Source of the DNA: an uncultured Planctomycetia bacterium
GTDB taxonomy: Bacteria > Omnitrophota > Gorgyraeia > 2-02-FULL-51-18
Reading direction: 5' to 3'
DNA length: 64,000 nt
Assembly (NCBI GenBank): GCA_964373505.1
Contig: CAYJVC010000004.1
Span: forward strand, 5,916-69,915
In this document: positions 9,404 through 18,809 of the stretch, piece by piece
Layout of the letters: every line of letters starts with the position of its first letter
How positions within the stretch are numbered: the first letter of the stretch is position 1
Program-made: the position numbers and the translations under genes
The notes under the pieces: generated by a model
The model's database searches: none
Seen by the model: the letters and a program-made list of their open reading frames with translations, nothing else
What the model was told of the DNA's origin: nothing

Positions 9404-10440
9404 AGATGGATATCCTTCAGGCTGTTGCGGAGGCCCTCGGAACTGGTCAAAAGTAACCGGCCGTTTTTGTTCTCCTCAATAAAGAGCGCTTCGATCCCTT
9501 CCTCTTTATGGCGATCAATGAATTCATAGCTTTTCTCGGGCCCCAGAATGAAGAAAAGGCGGCTTAAAAGGTTTGCGAACGCGATGTTCTCGGCCGTAAC
9601 CGTGACACCTACCACCCCATTCATCGGGGGCTCTCCGGTTTTAGGGTTGATCATAAGTGGAGTTCGCTTTCCCTTGTAGATAAAAAAATCCTCGTAGTCG
9701 CCGGTGCTGGAAGTAGCCTTCTCGACTTGAAGCTCGAGGATCGCCGCGTATTCGTCGATGTTTCGGGGGTGGTCGATGCCGAACCTCCAATGGCGGCTTT
9801 CAGGCGCCAAGCCTATCCAGCGCGTGTTTTCGCCGACTTTGATCATTGCGGAGGCGACTCCCTGGTTCTTTAAGTGCAAGAGCGCCTTATCGGCCGCGTA
9901 GCCCTGCGCCGGCGCGTCGACATTGATCTTGACGCCCGTTTTTTGACGCGTCAACGTCTTGGCGGTTGTGTCGAGATTTAGCCGCTGGTAGCCCGTCAGG
10001 GCCAGCGCTTCCTGTATGGCCTCCGCGGACGGAGGCTCGCTTTTTTCTTTGGCGTTCGCCCAGAGTGTTTTGAGCGGCACGTCCGTGATATCAAAAGCTC
10101 CGTCCGATATCCCGGCAAGTCTCAAGGATTCCCCGACGACGAAAAAAGTGTCATCGTCGAGCGTCACCGGCCGGCCGTCGGCGGAATGGTTGAACCGCCA
10201 GACGAGGCTCTCCTCGTTTTGGCTGTACATTTTGCCCTCAATGTCCTTAATGATCTCGAACGCCTTGTCGAGGAGGGTGGAATTTTTCTCGCGCGTCTGG
10301 CCGGCGCTGAAGATCGTGATCGTGAACGCCGTGCCCATGATATTCCGCGAGCGTTCAAGCTGTTTTTGCCCCAAATAGTCGGCGCCGGTCAGTGCCACGC
10401 AAAGACCGAGCGGCAAAACAAGTTGCAAAATTCTCTTCAC
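9400..10440 (-). CDS. apbE: FAD:protein FMN transferase (ApbE family), likely secreted
   Basis: ApbE-like body. The track ORF overlaps the hemL 3' end, so I place the start at GTG (VKRILQLVLPLGLCVALTGA signal-like N-terminus), 7 nt after the hemL stop. Confidence 0.65.
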   Translation of the reverse strand: MKRILQLVLPLGLCVALTGADYLGQKQLERSRNIMGTAFTITIFSAGQTREKNSTLLDKAFEIIKDIEGKMYSQNEESLVWRFNHSADGRPVTLDDDTFFVVGESLRLAGISDGAFDITDVPLKTLWANAKEKSEPPSAEAIQEALALTGYQRLNLDTTAKTLTRQKTGVKINVDAPAQGYAADKALLHLKNQGVASAMIKVGENTRWIGLAPESRHWRFGIDHPRNIDEYAAILELQVEKATSSTGDYEDFFIYKGKRTPLMINPKTGEPPMNGVVGVTVTAENIAFANLLSRLFFILGPEKSYEFIDRHKEEGIEALFIEENKNGRLLLTSSEGLRNSLKDIHL

Positions 10441-10447
10441 AGCGATC

Positions 10448-11698
10448 TCACCATTTTTCAAGAGCGCGAAGCGTTTTTTCGAATTCGCACGCCGTGTGGG
10501 AACCGGAAATGAAGCTCGTTTCAAACGCCGACGGCGGCACGTAAATCCCATATTCTAGCATCTTATGAAAAAATTTCCTGAATTCTTTTCTATCGGTTTT
10601 CATGACATCGCGAAAATGGACCGGTTGCCGAGCGCTGCAAAAGACCGTGAACATGGAGCCGAGGCTTTGGATCACCGCTTTTTTCTTTCGTCTGCGCAGC
10701 AGGACCCTCGCCTCTTTCAGGAAGGCCTTGGCGCTTTGGCCGAGAGCGGCATAGAAGGGCTTCGAGAGCCTGGAAAGCACCGACCGGCCGGCGACCATGG
10801 AAAGAGGGTTGCCCGAAAGCGTCCCCGCCTGATAAACCGGGCCTGCCGGCGAAAGCGCGTTCATGATCTCTTCCCGGCCGCCAAAGGCGCCGACCGGAAG
10901 CCCGCCGCCGATGATCTTTCCGAGTATCGTCAGATCCGGCTCGATGCCGTAGAGGTGTTGCGCGCCGCCGTAGCCGACGCGAAAGCCCGTGATCACCTCA
11001 TCGAAGATGAGAACCGCCCCCGCTTTTTTTGTTTCGCGTCTCAATCGACTCAAAAATTCTTTTTTAGCCGGGACCAGACCCATATTCGCGGCGACGGGTT
11101 CAACGATGGCACAGGCGATGTCCCGCGCGTTTTTAAAAAAGGCGGAGAGCTGGTCGGAATTATTGTATTCGAGCACCGTGGTCAGGCCGGCCAGTTCCTC
11201 CGGAACGCCGGCCGAATCGGGCGAGCCGAAAGTGGCAAGTCCGCTTCCCGCCTTCACGAGCAGGCTGTCGGCGTGGCCGTGGTAGCAGCCTTCGAATTTC
11301 ACGAGCCGCTTTCGGCCGGTGAATCCGCGCGCGAGCCTCACGGCGCTCATGACGGCCTCCGTGCCGGAACTTGTGAACCTTATTTTTTTGAGCGAGCCGA
11401 AGGCTTTTTGGATCTCTTTGGCCAGCGCCGTTTCGTATTCGGTGGCGGTGCCGAAGCTCGTGCCTCTCGAAGCCTGTTCCCGTATCGCTTTTGAAGTTTC
11501 TTCATCGGCATGGCCGAGAAGGATCGCGCCCCAGGACAGGCAATAATCAATGAGGCGTTTTCCGCCGTTGTCGAAGAGATACGGCCCCAGTCCCTGCCGC
11601 ATAAAAACAGGCTCCCCACCGACGGCCCTGAAGGCACGGACGGGGCTGTTGACGCCGCCGGCGATGCACCGCCGGGCTTGGCTCCAGGCGCGGCTCAC
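10448..11698 (-). CDS. hemL: glutamate-1-semialdehyde 2,1-aminomutase
   Basis: 416 aa with GGVNSPVRAF and LIFDEVITGFRVGYGGAQ motifs. It is class III aminotransferase-like and uses a GTG start. Confidence 0.9.
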   Translation of the reverse strand: MSRAWSQARRCIAGGVNSPVRAFRAVGGEPVFMRQGLGPYLFDNGGKRLIDYCLSWGAILLGHADEETSKAIREQASRGTSFGTATEYETALAKEIQKAFGSLKKIRFTSSGTEAVMSAVRLARGFTGRKRLVKFEGCYHGHADSLLVKAGSGLATFGSPDSAGVPEELAGLTTVLEYNNSDQLSAFFKNARDIACAIVEPVAANMGLVPAKKEFLSRLRRETKKAGAVLIFDEVITGFRVGYGGAQHLYGIEPDLTILGKIIGGGLPVGAFGGREEIMNALSPAGPVYQAGTLSGNPLSMVAGRSVLSRLSKPFYAALGQSAKAFLKEARVLLRRRKKKAVIQSLGSMFTVFCSARQPVHFRDVMKTDRKEFRKFFHKMLEYGIYVPPSAFETSFISGSHTACEFEKTLRALEKW

Positions 11699-11814
11699 CC
11701 CACCCCCTGCTTTCTTCCGCCATCCATAGTTTCAATCCCACGATTGGCGGAATGATTCGTCAAAGACGAATCAAAAAATCCGCGGGATTTTTTAGAAGCA
11801 GGGGGTGGGGTCAT
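11695..11814 (-). repeat. family-A palindromic intergenic element (copy a) with 39-aa linker micro-ORF MTPPPASKK...RKQGVG
   Basis: Arms CCCCACCCCCTGCTT / AAGCAGGGGGTGGGG. The micro-ORF ATG overlaps the hemB TGA (ATGA) and its TGA overlaps the hemL GTG (GTGA). Confidence 0.75.
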
Positions 11815-12788
11815 CGCGCCAGCTTCCACCGCACGAGCGCTTTGGCCCAATAACTGATAATGAAATCGGCGCCGGCCCTTTTCAGGGAAAGATGCGTTTC
11901 GTAAACAGTCTTCTTTTCGTCCAGCCATTTTTGCCGCGCGGCGGCTTTGATCATCGCGTATTCACCGCTGACACTGTAGGCGCCGACAGGGCAGCCGAAT
12001 TTGTCCTTGATCCGCCAGAGGATGTCGCCGAAGGCGAGTGCGGGTTTTACGAGGAGCATGTCTGCGCCCTCCTCGAGGTCGGTCTGCGCTTCCCGGAGCG
12101 CTTCGTGGCTGTTGGCAGTGTTCATTTGATAGCTCGAGCGGTCCCCGAACGCGGGCGCGTTTTCAGCCGCGTTACGGAATGGCGCGTAGAAGGAGGAGGC
12201 ATACTTCACGGCATAGGACAGGATCGGTGTGTGCTGAAAGCTGTTTTTATCCAGAGTGCCGCGGATCGCCAGGACTCGCCCGTCCATCATATCGGAGGGC
12301 GCGAGGACATCGGCCCCGGCCCGGGCGTAAGACAGCGCGATCTTAGCGAGTGTCCCCAGCGTCGCGTCGTTGGCGATCCGGCCGTTTTGCAGGTGCCCGC
12401 AGTGGCCGTGGCTTAAATATTCGCATAGGCAAACGTCCGCGAAGATCAGAAGCTTTGAGCACCTTTTTTTGAGAGCGCTTATCGCGCGCTGTACAACCCC
12501 CCTTTTGGCGAAGGCTTGGCGCCCGGCAGCGTCTTTTTTCGCCGGGATGCCGAAGAGGATGATGGAAGAAACCCCCAGCGACTCGAGCCTTGCGGCCTCT
12601 TCGGTCAGCGTCTTCGGGGAGAACTGAAACTGACCGGGCATCGACGGGATCTCCGCGGTCCCCGATAAACTTTCTTTAACAAAAAGAGGCTGGACGAGGT
12701 CCTTGGTGAGAAGCGAATGCTCTTCTATCAGCGCGCGCAGCTTCGGGTTCTCTCGGAGCCTTCTGAGTCGGACGAGCGGGTATTTCAC
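11811..12788 (-). CDS. hemB: porphobilinogen synthase (delta-aminolevulinic acid dehydratase)
   Basis: 325 aa with a typical HemB N-terminus (LRRLRENPKLRALIEEHSL) and active-site lysine region. Confidence 0.9.
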   Translation of the reverse strand: MKYPLVRLRRLRENPKLRALIEEHSLLTKDLVQPLFVKESLSGTAEIPSMPGQFQFSPKTLTEEAARLESLGVSSIILFGIPAKKDAAGRQAFAKRGVVQRAISALKKRCSKLLIFADVCLCEYLSHGHCGHLQNGRIANDATLGTLAKIALSYARAGADVLAPSDMMDGRVLAIRGTLDKNSFQHTPILSYAVKYASSFYAPFRNAAENAPAFGDRSSYQMNTANSHEALREAQTDLEEGADMLLVKPALAFGDILWRIKDKFGCPVGAYSVSGEYAMIKAAARQKWLDEKKTVYETHLSLKRAGADFIISYWAKALVRWKLAR

Positions 12789-14323
12789 CTAAAGTTTCCT
12801 TTTCCGGCCGATCGGCAAATGGCTTCCACCAGCCCGTCGATCGTGAAAACCTTTGCCTGGCAATGGGGTTTCAAGCCGTATTTTTTCAAAGTATGGGACG
12901 TGACAGGGCCGATGCTCGCGAAACGAATCCGTTTTGAGATCTTTTTCACGCTCGCGGGCGTAAGTATTTTAACAAAATGGTCCACCGTTGACGAGCTTGT
13001 AAATGTCACGGTGTCCACTTCCCCCCGAAGCAGTGCCTGCAACGTCTCGCGTGGGACCTTTTTTGGTATCCGCGTCAAGTAACCCGTGACCCGCGTGACA
13101 TTTGCACCGAGTTTTTTGAGCCCCTCTTCCAGCTCCGGAGGCGCCAGAGAGGCCCTTACGAGCAGGAATTTTTTTCCGTAAACGGGGACCCTCCCCGATT
13201 GAAGGGCCTCCACAATGGCCGAGGTTTCAAAACGCGGCGGCAGAAGGTCAACTTTAAGCCCTTTGGCCTCAAGCGCCTTCTGGGTTTCAGGGCCGACGCA
13301 GGCGATGTGAACACCTTGGAGGGCCCGGGCGTCTTTCCTGTGCCGGTTTCGAAGGCGGTTGAAGAAGGCCTCGACGCCGTAGGTGCTCGTAAACACAAGC
13401 CAGTCATAACGGGCGATCGTTTGGAGAGCATCATCCATTTCCTTGAAGTCGGAAAGCGGAGCTATCTCAAGGACGGGAAGCTCGAGCGCCTCCCCGCCCA
13501 TTTCCCTGATCCGGTCCGCCAGCGTGTTGGCTTTGTCGCGCGTGCGTGTCACCACGATTTTTTTGCCGAAAAGAGGCAGTCGCTCATACCAGCCGAGTTT
13601 TTTTCTTAGGGGCACCACTTCTCCAACAATGAGGATCGCCGGGGCGTTCATTCCCTTCTTTTTCACTTTTTGCGCGATATTGGACAGCACGCCGTCACAG
13701 GAGCGCTGCCGGGGAAGCGTGCCCCATTCGATCACGCAGATGGGAGTGGTCGCGGGCATCCCCGCGTGCATAAGCCGCTGGGCGATCTTGGCTAAATTAT
13801 AGAACCCCATGTAGATCACGATCGTGCCGTTCAGGGCCGCGATCTTGTTCCACGGGACCGAGTCCAGATTTTCGTCATGAGCGCGGTGGCCGGTTAGAAA
13901 AGTGACGGAGGCATTGTGCTTGCGGTGTGTGAGCGGAATACCTGCGTAGGCTGCGCAGGCCGTGGCGCTCGTGACACCGGGAATGACCTCAAAAGGTATT
14001 TTGTGTCGGTGAAGATAAAGCGCTTCTTCCCCCCCGCGTCCGAATAGATACGGGTCACCGCCTTTTAGCCGGACAACCTTTTGTCCTCTTCGGGCGGCCC
14101 GAAGGATCATCCGGTTGATTTTTTTTTGTGAAAAAGGGTGATAACGGAATCGCCTTCCGACGCAAAGACAGAGGCACCCATGCCTGGCGTGCTTTAAATG
14201 TTCGGGATTCGCCAAAGTGTCATAAACAATAAGATCCGCTTCCTGGATGCAATGAGCGGCCTTGAGCGTCAAAAGCCCCGGATCGCCGGGTCCGGAGCCG
14301 ACCAAAGACACCTTGCCGGTCAT
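12785..14323 (-). CDS. fused uroporphyrinogen-III C-methyltransferase (CobA/SUMT) and uroporphyrinogen-III synthase (HemD)
   Basis: N-terminal SUMT domain (VSLVGSGPGDPGLLTLKA) and C-terminal HemD-like domain. I place the start at ATG MTGKV, overlapping the hemC stop as ATGA; the track ORF extends upstream. Confidence 0.8.
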   Translation of the reverse strand: MTGKVSLVGSGPGDPGLLTLKAAHCIQEADLIVYDTLANPEHLKHARHGCLCLCVGRRFRYHPFSQKKINRMILRAARRGQKVVRLKGGDPYLFGRGGEEALYLHRHKIPFEVIPGVTSATACAAYAGIPLTHRKHNASVTFLTGHRAHDENLDSVPWNKIAALNGTIVIYMGFYNLAKIAQRLMHAGMPATTPICVIEWGTLPRQRSCDGVLSNIAQKVKKKGMNAPAILIVGEVVPLRKKLGWYERLPLFGKKIVVTRTRDKANTLADRIREMGGEALELPVLEIAPLSDFKEMDDALQTIARYDWLVFTSTYGVEAFFNRLRNRHRKDARALQGVHIACVGPETQKALEAKGLKVDLLPPRFETSAIVEALQSGRVPVYGKKFLLVRASLAPPELEEGLKKLGANVTRVTGYLTRIPKKVPRETLQALLRGEVDTVTFTSSSTVDHFVKILTPASVKKISKRIRFASIGPVTSHTLKKYGLKPHCQAKVFTIDGLVEAICRSAGKGNFR

Positions 14324-15285
14324 TCCCGGGCCTCCTTCATTAGTTTTCCGGCGCCTTTTTTCAGCATTTTTTTTGCCAGGACCCGCGCGAGCGTCTCGGA
14401 TCGTAGGATGGGTCCTTCGATCTGGCCGGTCACGGCAGCCTCCGTTCGAACGGAAAACACCGCCGCGCGGATCCGGAGCCTCTTCTTTCTCAATTCGGTA
14501 TGTACCCCGACCGGGACGCGGCATCCACCGCTCAGGCTTTTCAGGAGCGCTCTTTCCGCGCCGACCATTTTTTCTGTTTTGGGGTCGTTCAGCGATTTGA
14601 GGATCCGAAGTGCGAAGCGGTCAGCCTTTCGCACCTCAAGGCCGAGCGCCGCCTGCCCCACGGCCGGCAGAACCGTTCGGGGGTCCAAGGGAGAAGCGTA
14701 TCCCAGGTATTTTTTGAGTCGCAAAAGGCCGGCTCTGGCGACGACCACCGCGTCTAACTCTCCGCCGTGAAGCGCTTTTTTTATGCGCGTGTCGAGGTTC
14801 CCGCGGATGTCTACGAAATTTAAATCGGGCCTTGAGAGCTTCAGTTGCCTTTTTCGCCGCGGGCTTCCGGTGCCGACCGTTGCATTCCTGGGAAGTGTCT
14901 TGAGCGTGTAACGGCGCCGTGAAACCAGCACGTCTTTCGGGTCCATGCGTTTCGGGACCGCCGCCAGGCACAGCGCTTTGGGCAGATCCGTCGGAAGGTC
15001 TTTCAGGCTGTGGACCGCCAGGTCCACCTCTTTTTTCAGGAGCGCTTTTTCGATCGCTTTCGTGAATACGCCGACGTTCTTTTTTTTAAAAAGTTCCACG
15101 CTTTGAAATTCATCGCCCCGGGTTTTAATGACGATCAAGGGGAATGAGATACGGGGGAATTTCTTTTTCAGTTTTCTTTGGATCTCGCGCGACTGGGCCA
15201 GCGCCAAGGCGCTCCCGCGGGTGCCGATTCTTAAGACCGAACCGGGAGGCTCGTTTCTCAAGCGAGGCGCTCCTTGGAGAGCCAT
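14320..15285 (-). CDS. hemC: hydroxymethylbilane synthase (porphobilinogen deaminase)
   Basis: LRIGTRGSALALAQS N-terminal motif. The start is ambiguous: ATG at 15285 overlaps hemA by 28 nt, or TTG at 15261 overlaps the hemA stop. Confidence 0.8.
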   Translation of the reverse strand: MALQGAPRLRNEPPGSVLRIGTRGSALALAQSREIQRKLKKKFPRISFPLIVIKTRGDEFQSVELFKKKNVGVFTKAIEKALLKKEVDLAVHSLKDLPTDLPKALCLAAVPKRMDPKDVLVSRRRYTLKTLPRNATVGTGSPRRKRQLKLSRPDLNFVDIRGNLDTRIKKALHGGELDAVVVARAGLLRLKKYLGYASPLDPRTVLPAVGQAALGLEVRKADRFALRILKSLNDPKTEKMVGAERALLKSLSGGCRVPVGVHTELRKKRLRIRAAVFSVRTEAAVTGQIEGPILRSETLARVLAKKMLKKGAGKLMKEARE

Positions 15286-16286
15286 TTCATGAAATGCCCG
15301 GTTTGGGTCCGGATCAGGCGGAAGCATTCCGCGATCTCGCTCTTACGCGCGGCGAGATTTTGGTCGGCAATGGTTTTCAGGTCGTCCACGTTGTACAGGT
15401 AGACGTTGTCGAGTTTTTCAACGGACGGCTCCACGTTGCGGGGGACGGCGATGTCGATCACGAAAAGAGGCCTTTCATGCCGCGCGCGCATCCACGCGCG
15501 GACCTGCTTTTCTCGGACCAGCACGCACGGCGCGAGCGTCGAGGTGATCAAAATATCGATCTCCCGCACACGGTTTTCATACACGTCATGTGAAAGCGCT
15601 TCGCCGCCGAGCTCGGAAGCGAGCTCTTGAGCTCTCGCGATATGCCTGTGCGAGACGATCAGGGAGTGGGCGCCTTTTGCAACCATGGCCTTGGCGACCT
15701 GTGTTGCCATCTCGCCTGTCCCGATCACCATGACACGCGTGTTTCGCAGTTCCTCGAATATTTTTTCGGCCAGATCCACGGCGACAGATGCCACGCTCAC
15801 TTTGCCGGCGCCGATCTGGGTGTGGCTCCTTAAGTTTTTTGCGACTTTGAGCGAGCGCTGAAAAAGCGTGTTCAGCACTTTTCCGGTCTGGCGGATCTTG
15901 TGCGCTTCAAGATACGCTTCCTTCACCTGACCGGTAATTTCCGTCTCTCCCAGCACCATCGAATCGAGGCCGGCCGCCACTGAAAAAAGATGCTCGATGG
16001 AGTCCGGCTGCTTCAGCAGGTAAAGCTTGTCCTCGAAGTCCCCGAGAGCCACCTGTGAGTATTCGCTTAAGAATCTTTTCACGCGCCGCACGGATTCGCC
16101 TGTGTTTTGGCCGACACCGTAGATTTCGGTGCGGTTGCAGGTGGAAAGAAGCACGCGCTCCTCGAAAATGCGCCGTTCCTCCAGAAGCCTTAGGAGTTCC
16201 GGGGTCTTGTGTCTGGGGATATTCAGTTTCTCCCGGATCTCCAGCGGCGCCGTCTTGTGATTCAATCCCAGGACCGTGATCTCCAT
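15258..16286 (-). CDS. hemA: glutamyl-tRNA reductase
   Basis: MEITVLGLNHKTAPLEIREKL N-terminus and an NAD-binding GTGEMA motif. The track ORF carries a spurious 75-aa upstream extension. Confidence 0.9.
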   Translation of the reverse strand: MEITVLGLNHKTAPLEIREKLNIPRHKTPELLRLLEERRIFEERVLLSTCNRTEIYGVGQNTGESVRRVKRFLSEYSQVALGDFEDKLYLLKQPDSIEHLFSVAAGLDSMVLGETEITGQVKEAYLEAHKIRQTGKVLNTLFQRSLKVAKNLRSHTQIGAGKVSVASVAVDLAEKIFEELRNTRVMVIGTGEMATQVAKAMVAKGAHSLIVSHRHIARAQELASELGGEALSHDVYENRVREIDILITSTLAPCVLVREKQVRAWMRARHERPLFVIDIAVPRNVEPSVEKLDNVYLYNVDDLKTIADQNLAARKSEIAECFRLIRTQTGHFMKWLSKERLA

Positions 16287-16288
16287 GA

Positions 16289-17107
16289 TCAATAGCCCCG
16301 GTGAAAGCCGGAGGGAGCGTAGATCGAGCTCATCAGCGTGATGAAGAGAAAAATGAATATGAATACGGTCCCCAGCGCGATCTTTTGGCCGCGCCGCAGC
16401 GCGCTTAGGCGGAAACAGAGCACGGTCCAGTACATCACGCAAGTAAGGAACGAGAGCGAAACCTTCGGGTCTTTCAGGATTTCCCCGAGGCCCCGCATTT
16501 CGCTGGCCCATATAAACCCGCTCGCGATCCCGAGCGAAAAGAGAACGACGCCGGCCGAGAGCGACACAAAATGAAGCCGGTCAAGCGTGTTGAGCGGCGG
16601 CAATTTCATGAGCATCCTTCCCGGGTGTTTGGACTTGAGCTGTGCCGACTGCAGAAGGTACATGACGGCAGCGGAGACCGAAAGGATGAGGCTCGTGAAT
16701 CCGCTTAAGATAAGCCCTGTGTGGATCCAGAGCCACGTGGACCGCTGCAGCGGAACCGCCGCCTCATGGGGGCGCGACAGAAGAACGGCCAAAAGACAGA
16801 ACAAAAGTACGATCGGCAGCGAAAAAAGAAGAAGGAAACGTGTTTTTGACCGCCACTCGATAATGAAGGAGGTCGTGATCATGAGAAACGAAACGCTCTC
16901 AATGGTCTGGGCGAGCGTTGTGATCGGGAAGACAGGGTTTTTCAGGAACCAGAATAAAAGCAGCGCGAAATGAACGAGCAGGCTCGCGAGCACGATCGAC
17001 CGGGCCGGTTTGTACAAAGCTTCGTTTTGCAGCTCGAAGCTTAGAAAGTAAAACACCAGGCCCGCCAGATACCCGAAAAAAACGGCTAGGAGCGCATACG
17101 GGGTCAT
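16289..17107 (-). CDS. hemX: CcsA-family integral membrane protein (HemX-like, as in the Bacillus hemAXCDBL cluster)
   Basis: 272 aa, multi-TM, with a cytochrome c assembly CcsA-like core. It sits directly upstream of hemA. Confidence 0.6.
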   Translation of the reverse strand: MTPYALLAVFFGYLAGLVFYFLSFELQNEALYKPARSIVLASLLVHFALLLFWFLKNPVFPITTLAQTIESVSFLMITTSFIIEWRSKTRFLLLFSLPIVLLFCLLAVLLSRPHEAAVPLQRSTWLWIHTGLILSGFTSLILSVSAAVMYLLQSAQLKSKHPGRMLMKLPPLNTLDRLHFVSLSAGVVLFSLGIASGFIWASEMRGLGEILKDPKVSLSFLTCVMYWTVLCFRLSALRRGQKIALGTVFIFIFLFITLMSSIYAPSGFHRGY

Positions 17108-17934
17108 AGACGTTGCCTGAATTGGTCGAAGGCTTCGGCACTCATATCAAAACCGTGACGAGCATCGGGGAACCTCCCGCTTTTGACTTCCCGTAAAAAG
17201 GAGCGGACGGATTTCTCAAAGACCGCTCGGGCATGGGCATAGCGTTTCACGTGACGCGGCTTGAACTGCGTGAAGAGGCCCACGAGGTCCTGGAACACGA
17301 GCACCTGCCCGTCGCAGAAAGGTCCCGCCCCGATCCCGATGGTCGGAATCTTGAGCGTGTTCGTGATTATCTGGGACACGCGGCTCGGGATGCATTCCAG
17401 CACGACGGAAAACGCACCGCCTTTTTCGAAAAGAAGCGCCTGGTTGAAAATGGCCAGCGCTTCCGCCGCGTTCCGACCGCGCACCTTGAAGCCGGATTTT
17501 TGGTTCACGGTCTGAGGGGTCAGGCCCACATGCCCCATGACCGGGATGCGATGACGGACCAGGGTGTTTAAGATCGCAGGGGTCCGTTTGCCCCACTCCA
17601 GTTTAACCGCGTCAACGCCCGCTTCTTCCATGAATCGCTTAGCCGACCCCAGCGCCTGCGAAACTCCTTGTTCGACGCCGCTTAAGGGCAGGTCGGCGAT
17701 CAGTTTCGCATTTTTCACGCCGCGCCTTACGGCCTTCGCGTGGTGGATCATCTCGTCCATCGTGACGCACCTCGTCGAGGGGTAACCCAAAAGGACCATG
17801 CCCACCGAATCCCCCACCAGCACAAAGTCGACCCCTGCCTTGTCCAGAATTTCGGCTGTCGGAGTGTCGTAGGCGGTTAAGACCACCCATTTTTTATGCT
17901 TTTTTTTTGCCGCTTTGAGTTGTCGAATGATCAA
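17104..17934 (-). CDS. panB: 3-methyl-2-oxobutanoate hydroxymethyltransferase
   Basis: KKWVVLTAYDTPTAEILDKAGVDFVLVGDSVGMVLLGY, typical of PanB. Confidence 0.9.
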   Translation of the reverse strand: MIIRQLKAAKKKHKKWVVLTAYDTPTAEILDKAGVDFVLVGDSVGMVLLGYPSTRCVTMDEMIHHAKAVRRGVKNAKLIADLPLSGVEQGVSQALGSAKRFMEEAGVDAVKLEWGKRTPAILNTLVRHRIPVMGHVGLTPQTVNQKSGFKVRGRNAAEALAIFNQALLFEKGGAFSVVLECIPSRVSQIITNTLKIPTIGIGAGPFCDGQVLVFQDLVGLFTQFKPRHVKRYAHARAVFEKSVRSFLREVKSGRFPDARHGFDMSAEAFDQFRQRL

Positions 17935-18809
17935 CGTTTTTTATTTAAAGAACCGACTATCTCCGGGACGAGTTCTTCCCAGCCGATGGCCATGAGATGG
18001 ATGCCCTGCACGTGCGGTTGGATGGCTTCTATCGTTTCACAGGCGATCGCCGCGCACGCTTTCTTCGCATCCGCCGCGTCCCCAAGCCTTTTTATCATTT
18101 CCTTGGGAATAAAAATTCCCGGGATCTTTTCGTTCATGAAGATGGCCATCTTCGCGGATTTCAGAAGAATAATGCCGGCCAGGATCGGCGTGTTAAATCC
18201 CTCCGAGCGGTAGCGGTCAATGAACTTTTTGAACCGCGCCAGATCGAAGACACCCTGAGTTTGAAAAAAATCTGCGCCGTTTTCTACTTTTTTTTTGGTT
18301 TTCGCGATCTCAACCTCGAGGTTATCCACGCAAGGGTTCATCGCCGCGCCCACCGAAAAACGCGGCGCGCCGTCGAGTTTATGACCCGCCATGTCGAACC
18401 CCGCCCCCATTTTTTTAATGACTGAAATAAAATCGGCCGAGTCCACATCGAAGACGGGTTTCGCTTCCGGGTGGTCGCCGATCGTGATAGGATCGCCGCT
18501 TAAGACCAGTACGTGGGATATCCCCAGCACCGATGCCGACAGAAGATCGGATTGGAGTGCCAACCGGTTTTTGTCGCGGCAGGTCATCTGCATGATCGGC
18601 TCGATGCCGAAATCCTTCAAGAGGTGACAGGCCGCAATGGAACCCAATTTCATCAACGCGCTTTGCTGGTCGGTCACGTTGGCCGCGTGCACGTGGTTCT
18701 TCAAGTAAGCGGCCTGTTTAAAAAACGGGGCAAGGTTTGTGCCCTTGGGAGGGCCGAGCTCCGCCGTTACGACAAACTCTGATTCCTTTAAGTTTTCCAC
18801 TAGCTGCAT
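17931..18809 (-). CDS. metF: 5,10-methylenetetrahydrofolate reductase (MetF family)
   Basis: 292 aa with an MTHFR-like N-terminus (VTAELGPPKGT...) and a TIM-barrel signature. Confidence 0.7.
   Translation of the reverse strand: MQLVENLKESEFVVTAELGPPKGTNLAPFFKQAAYLKNHVHAANVTDQQSALMKLGSIAACHLLKDFGIEPIMQMTCRDKNRLALQSDLLSASVLGISHVLVLSGDPITIGDHPEAKPVFDVDSADFISVIKKMGAGFDMAGHKLDGAPRFSVGAAMNPCVDNLEVEIAKTKKKVENGADFFQTQGVFDLARFKKFIDRYRSEGFNTPILAGIILLKSAKMAIFMNEKIPGIFIPKEMIKRLGDAADAKKACAAIACETIEAIQPHVQGIHLMAIGWEELVPEIVGSLNKKR

Noticed and set aside
10565-11494. Long plus-strand ORFs (10565-11494 at 309 aa, 29905-31263 at 452 aa, 42260-43246 at 328 aa, 21015-21977 at 320 aa, 7789-8484 at 231 aa, and others)
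   Set aside because: Each is antisense to a well-supported minus-strand gene (hemL, valS, lepA, the IMPDH-like gene, mnmA). They have Arg/Ala/Gly/Pro-rich low-complexity composition typical of GC-rich antisense frames, and none has a recognisable motif.
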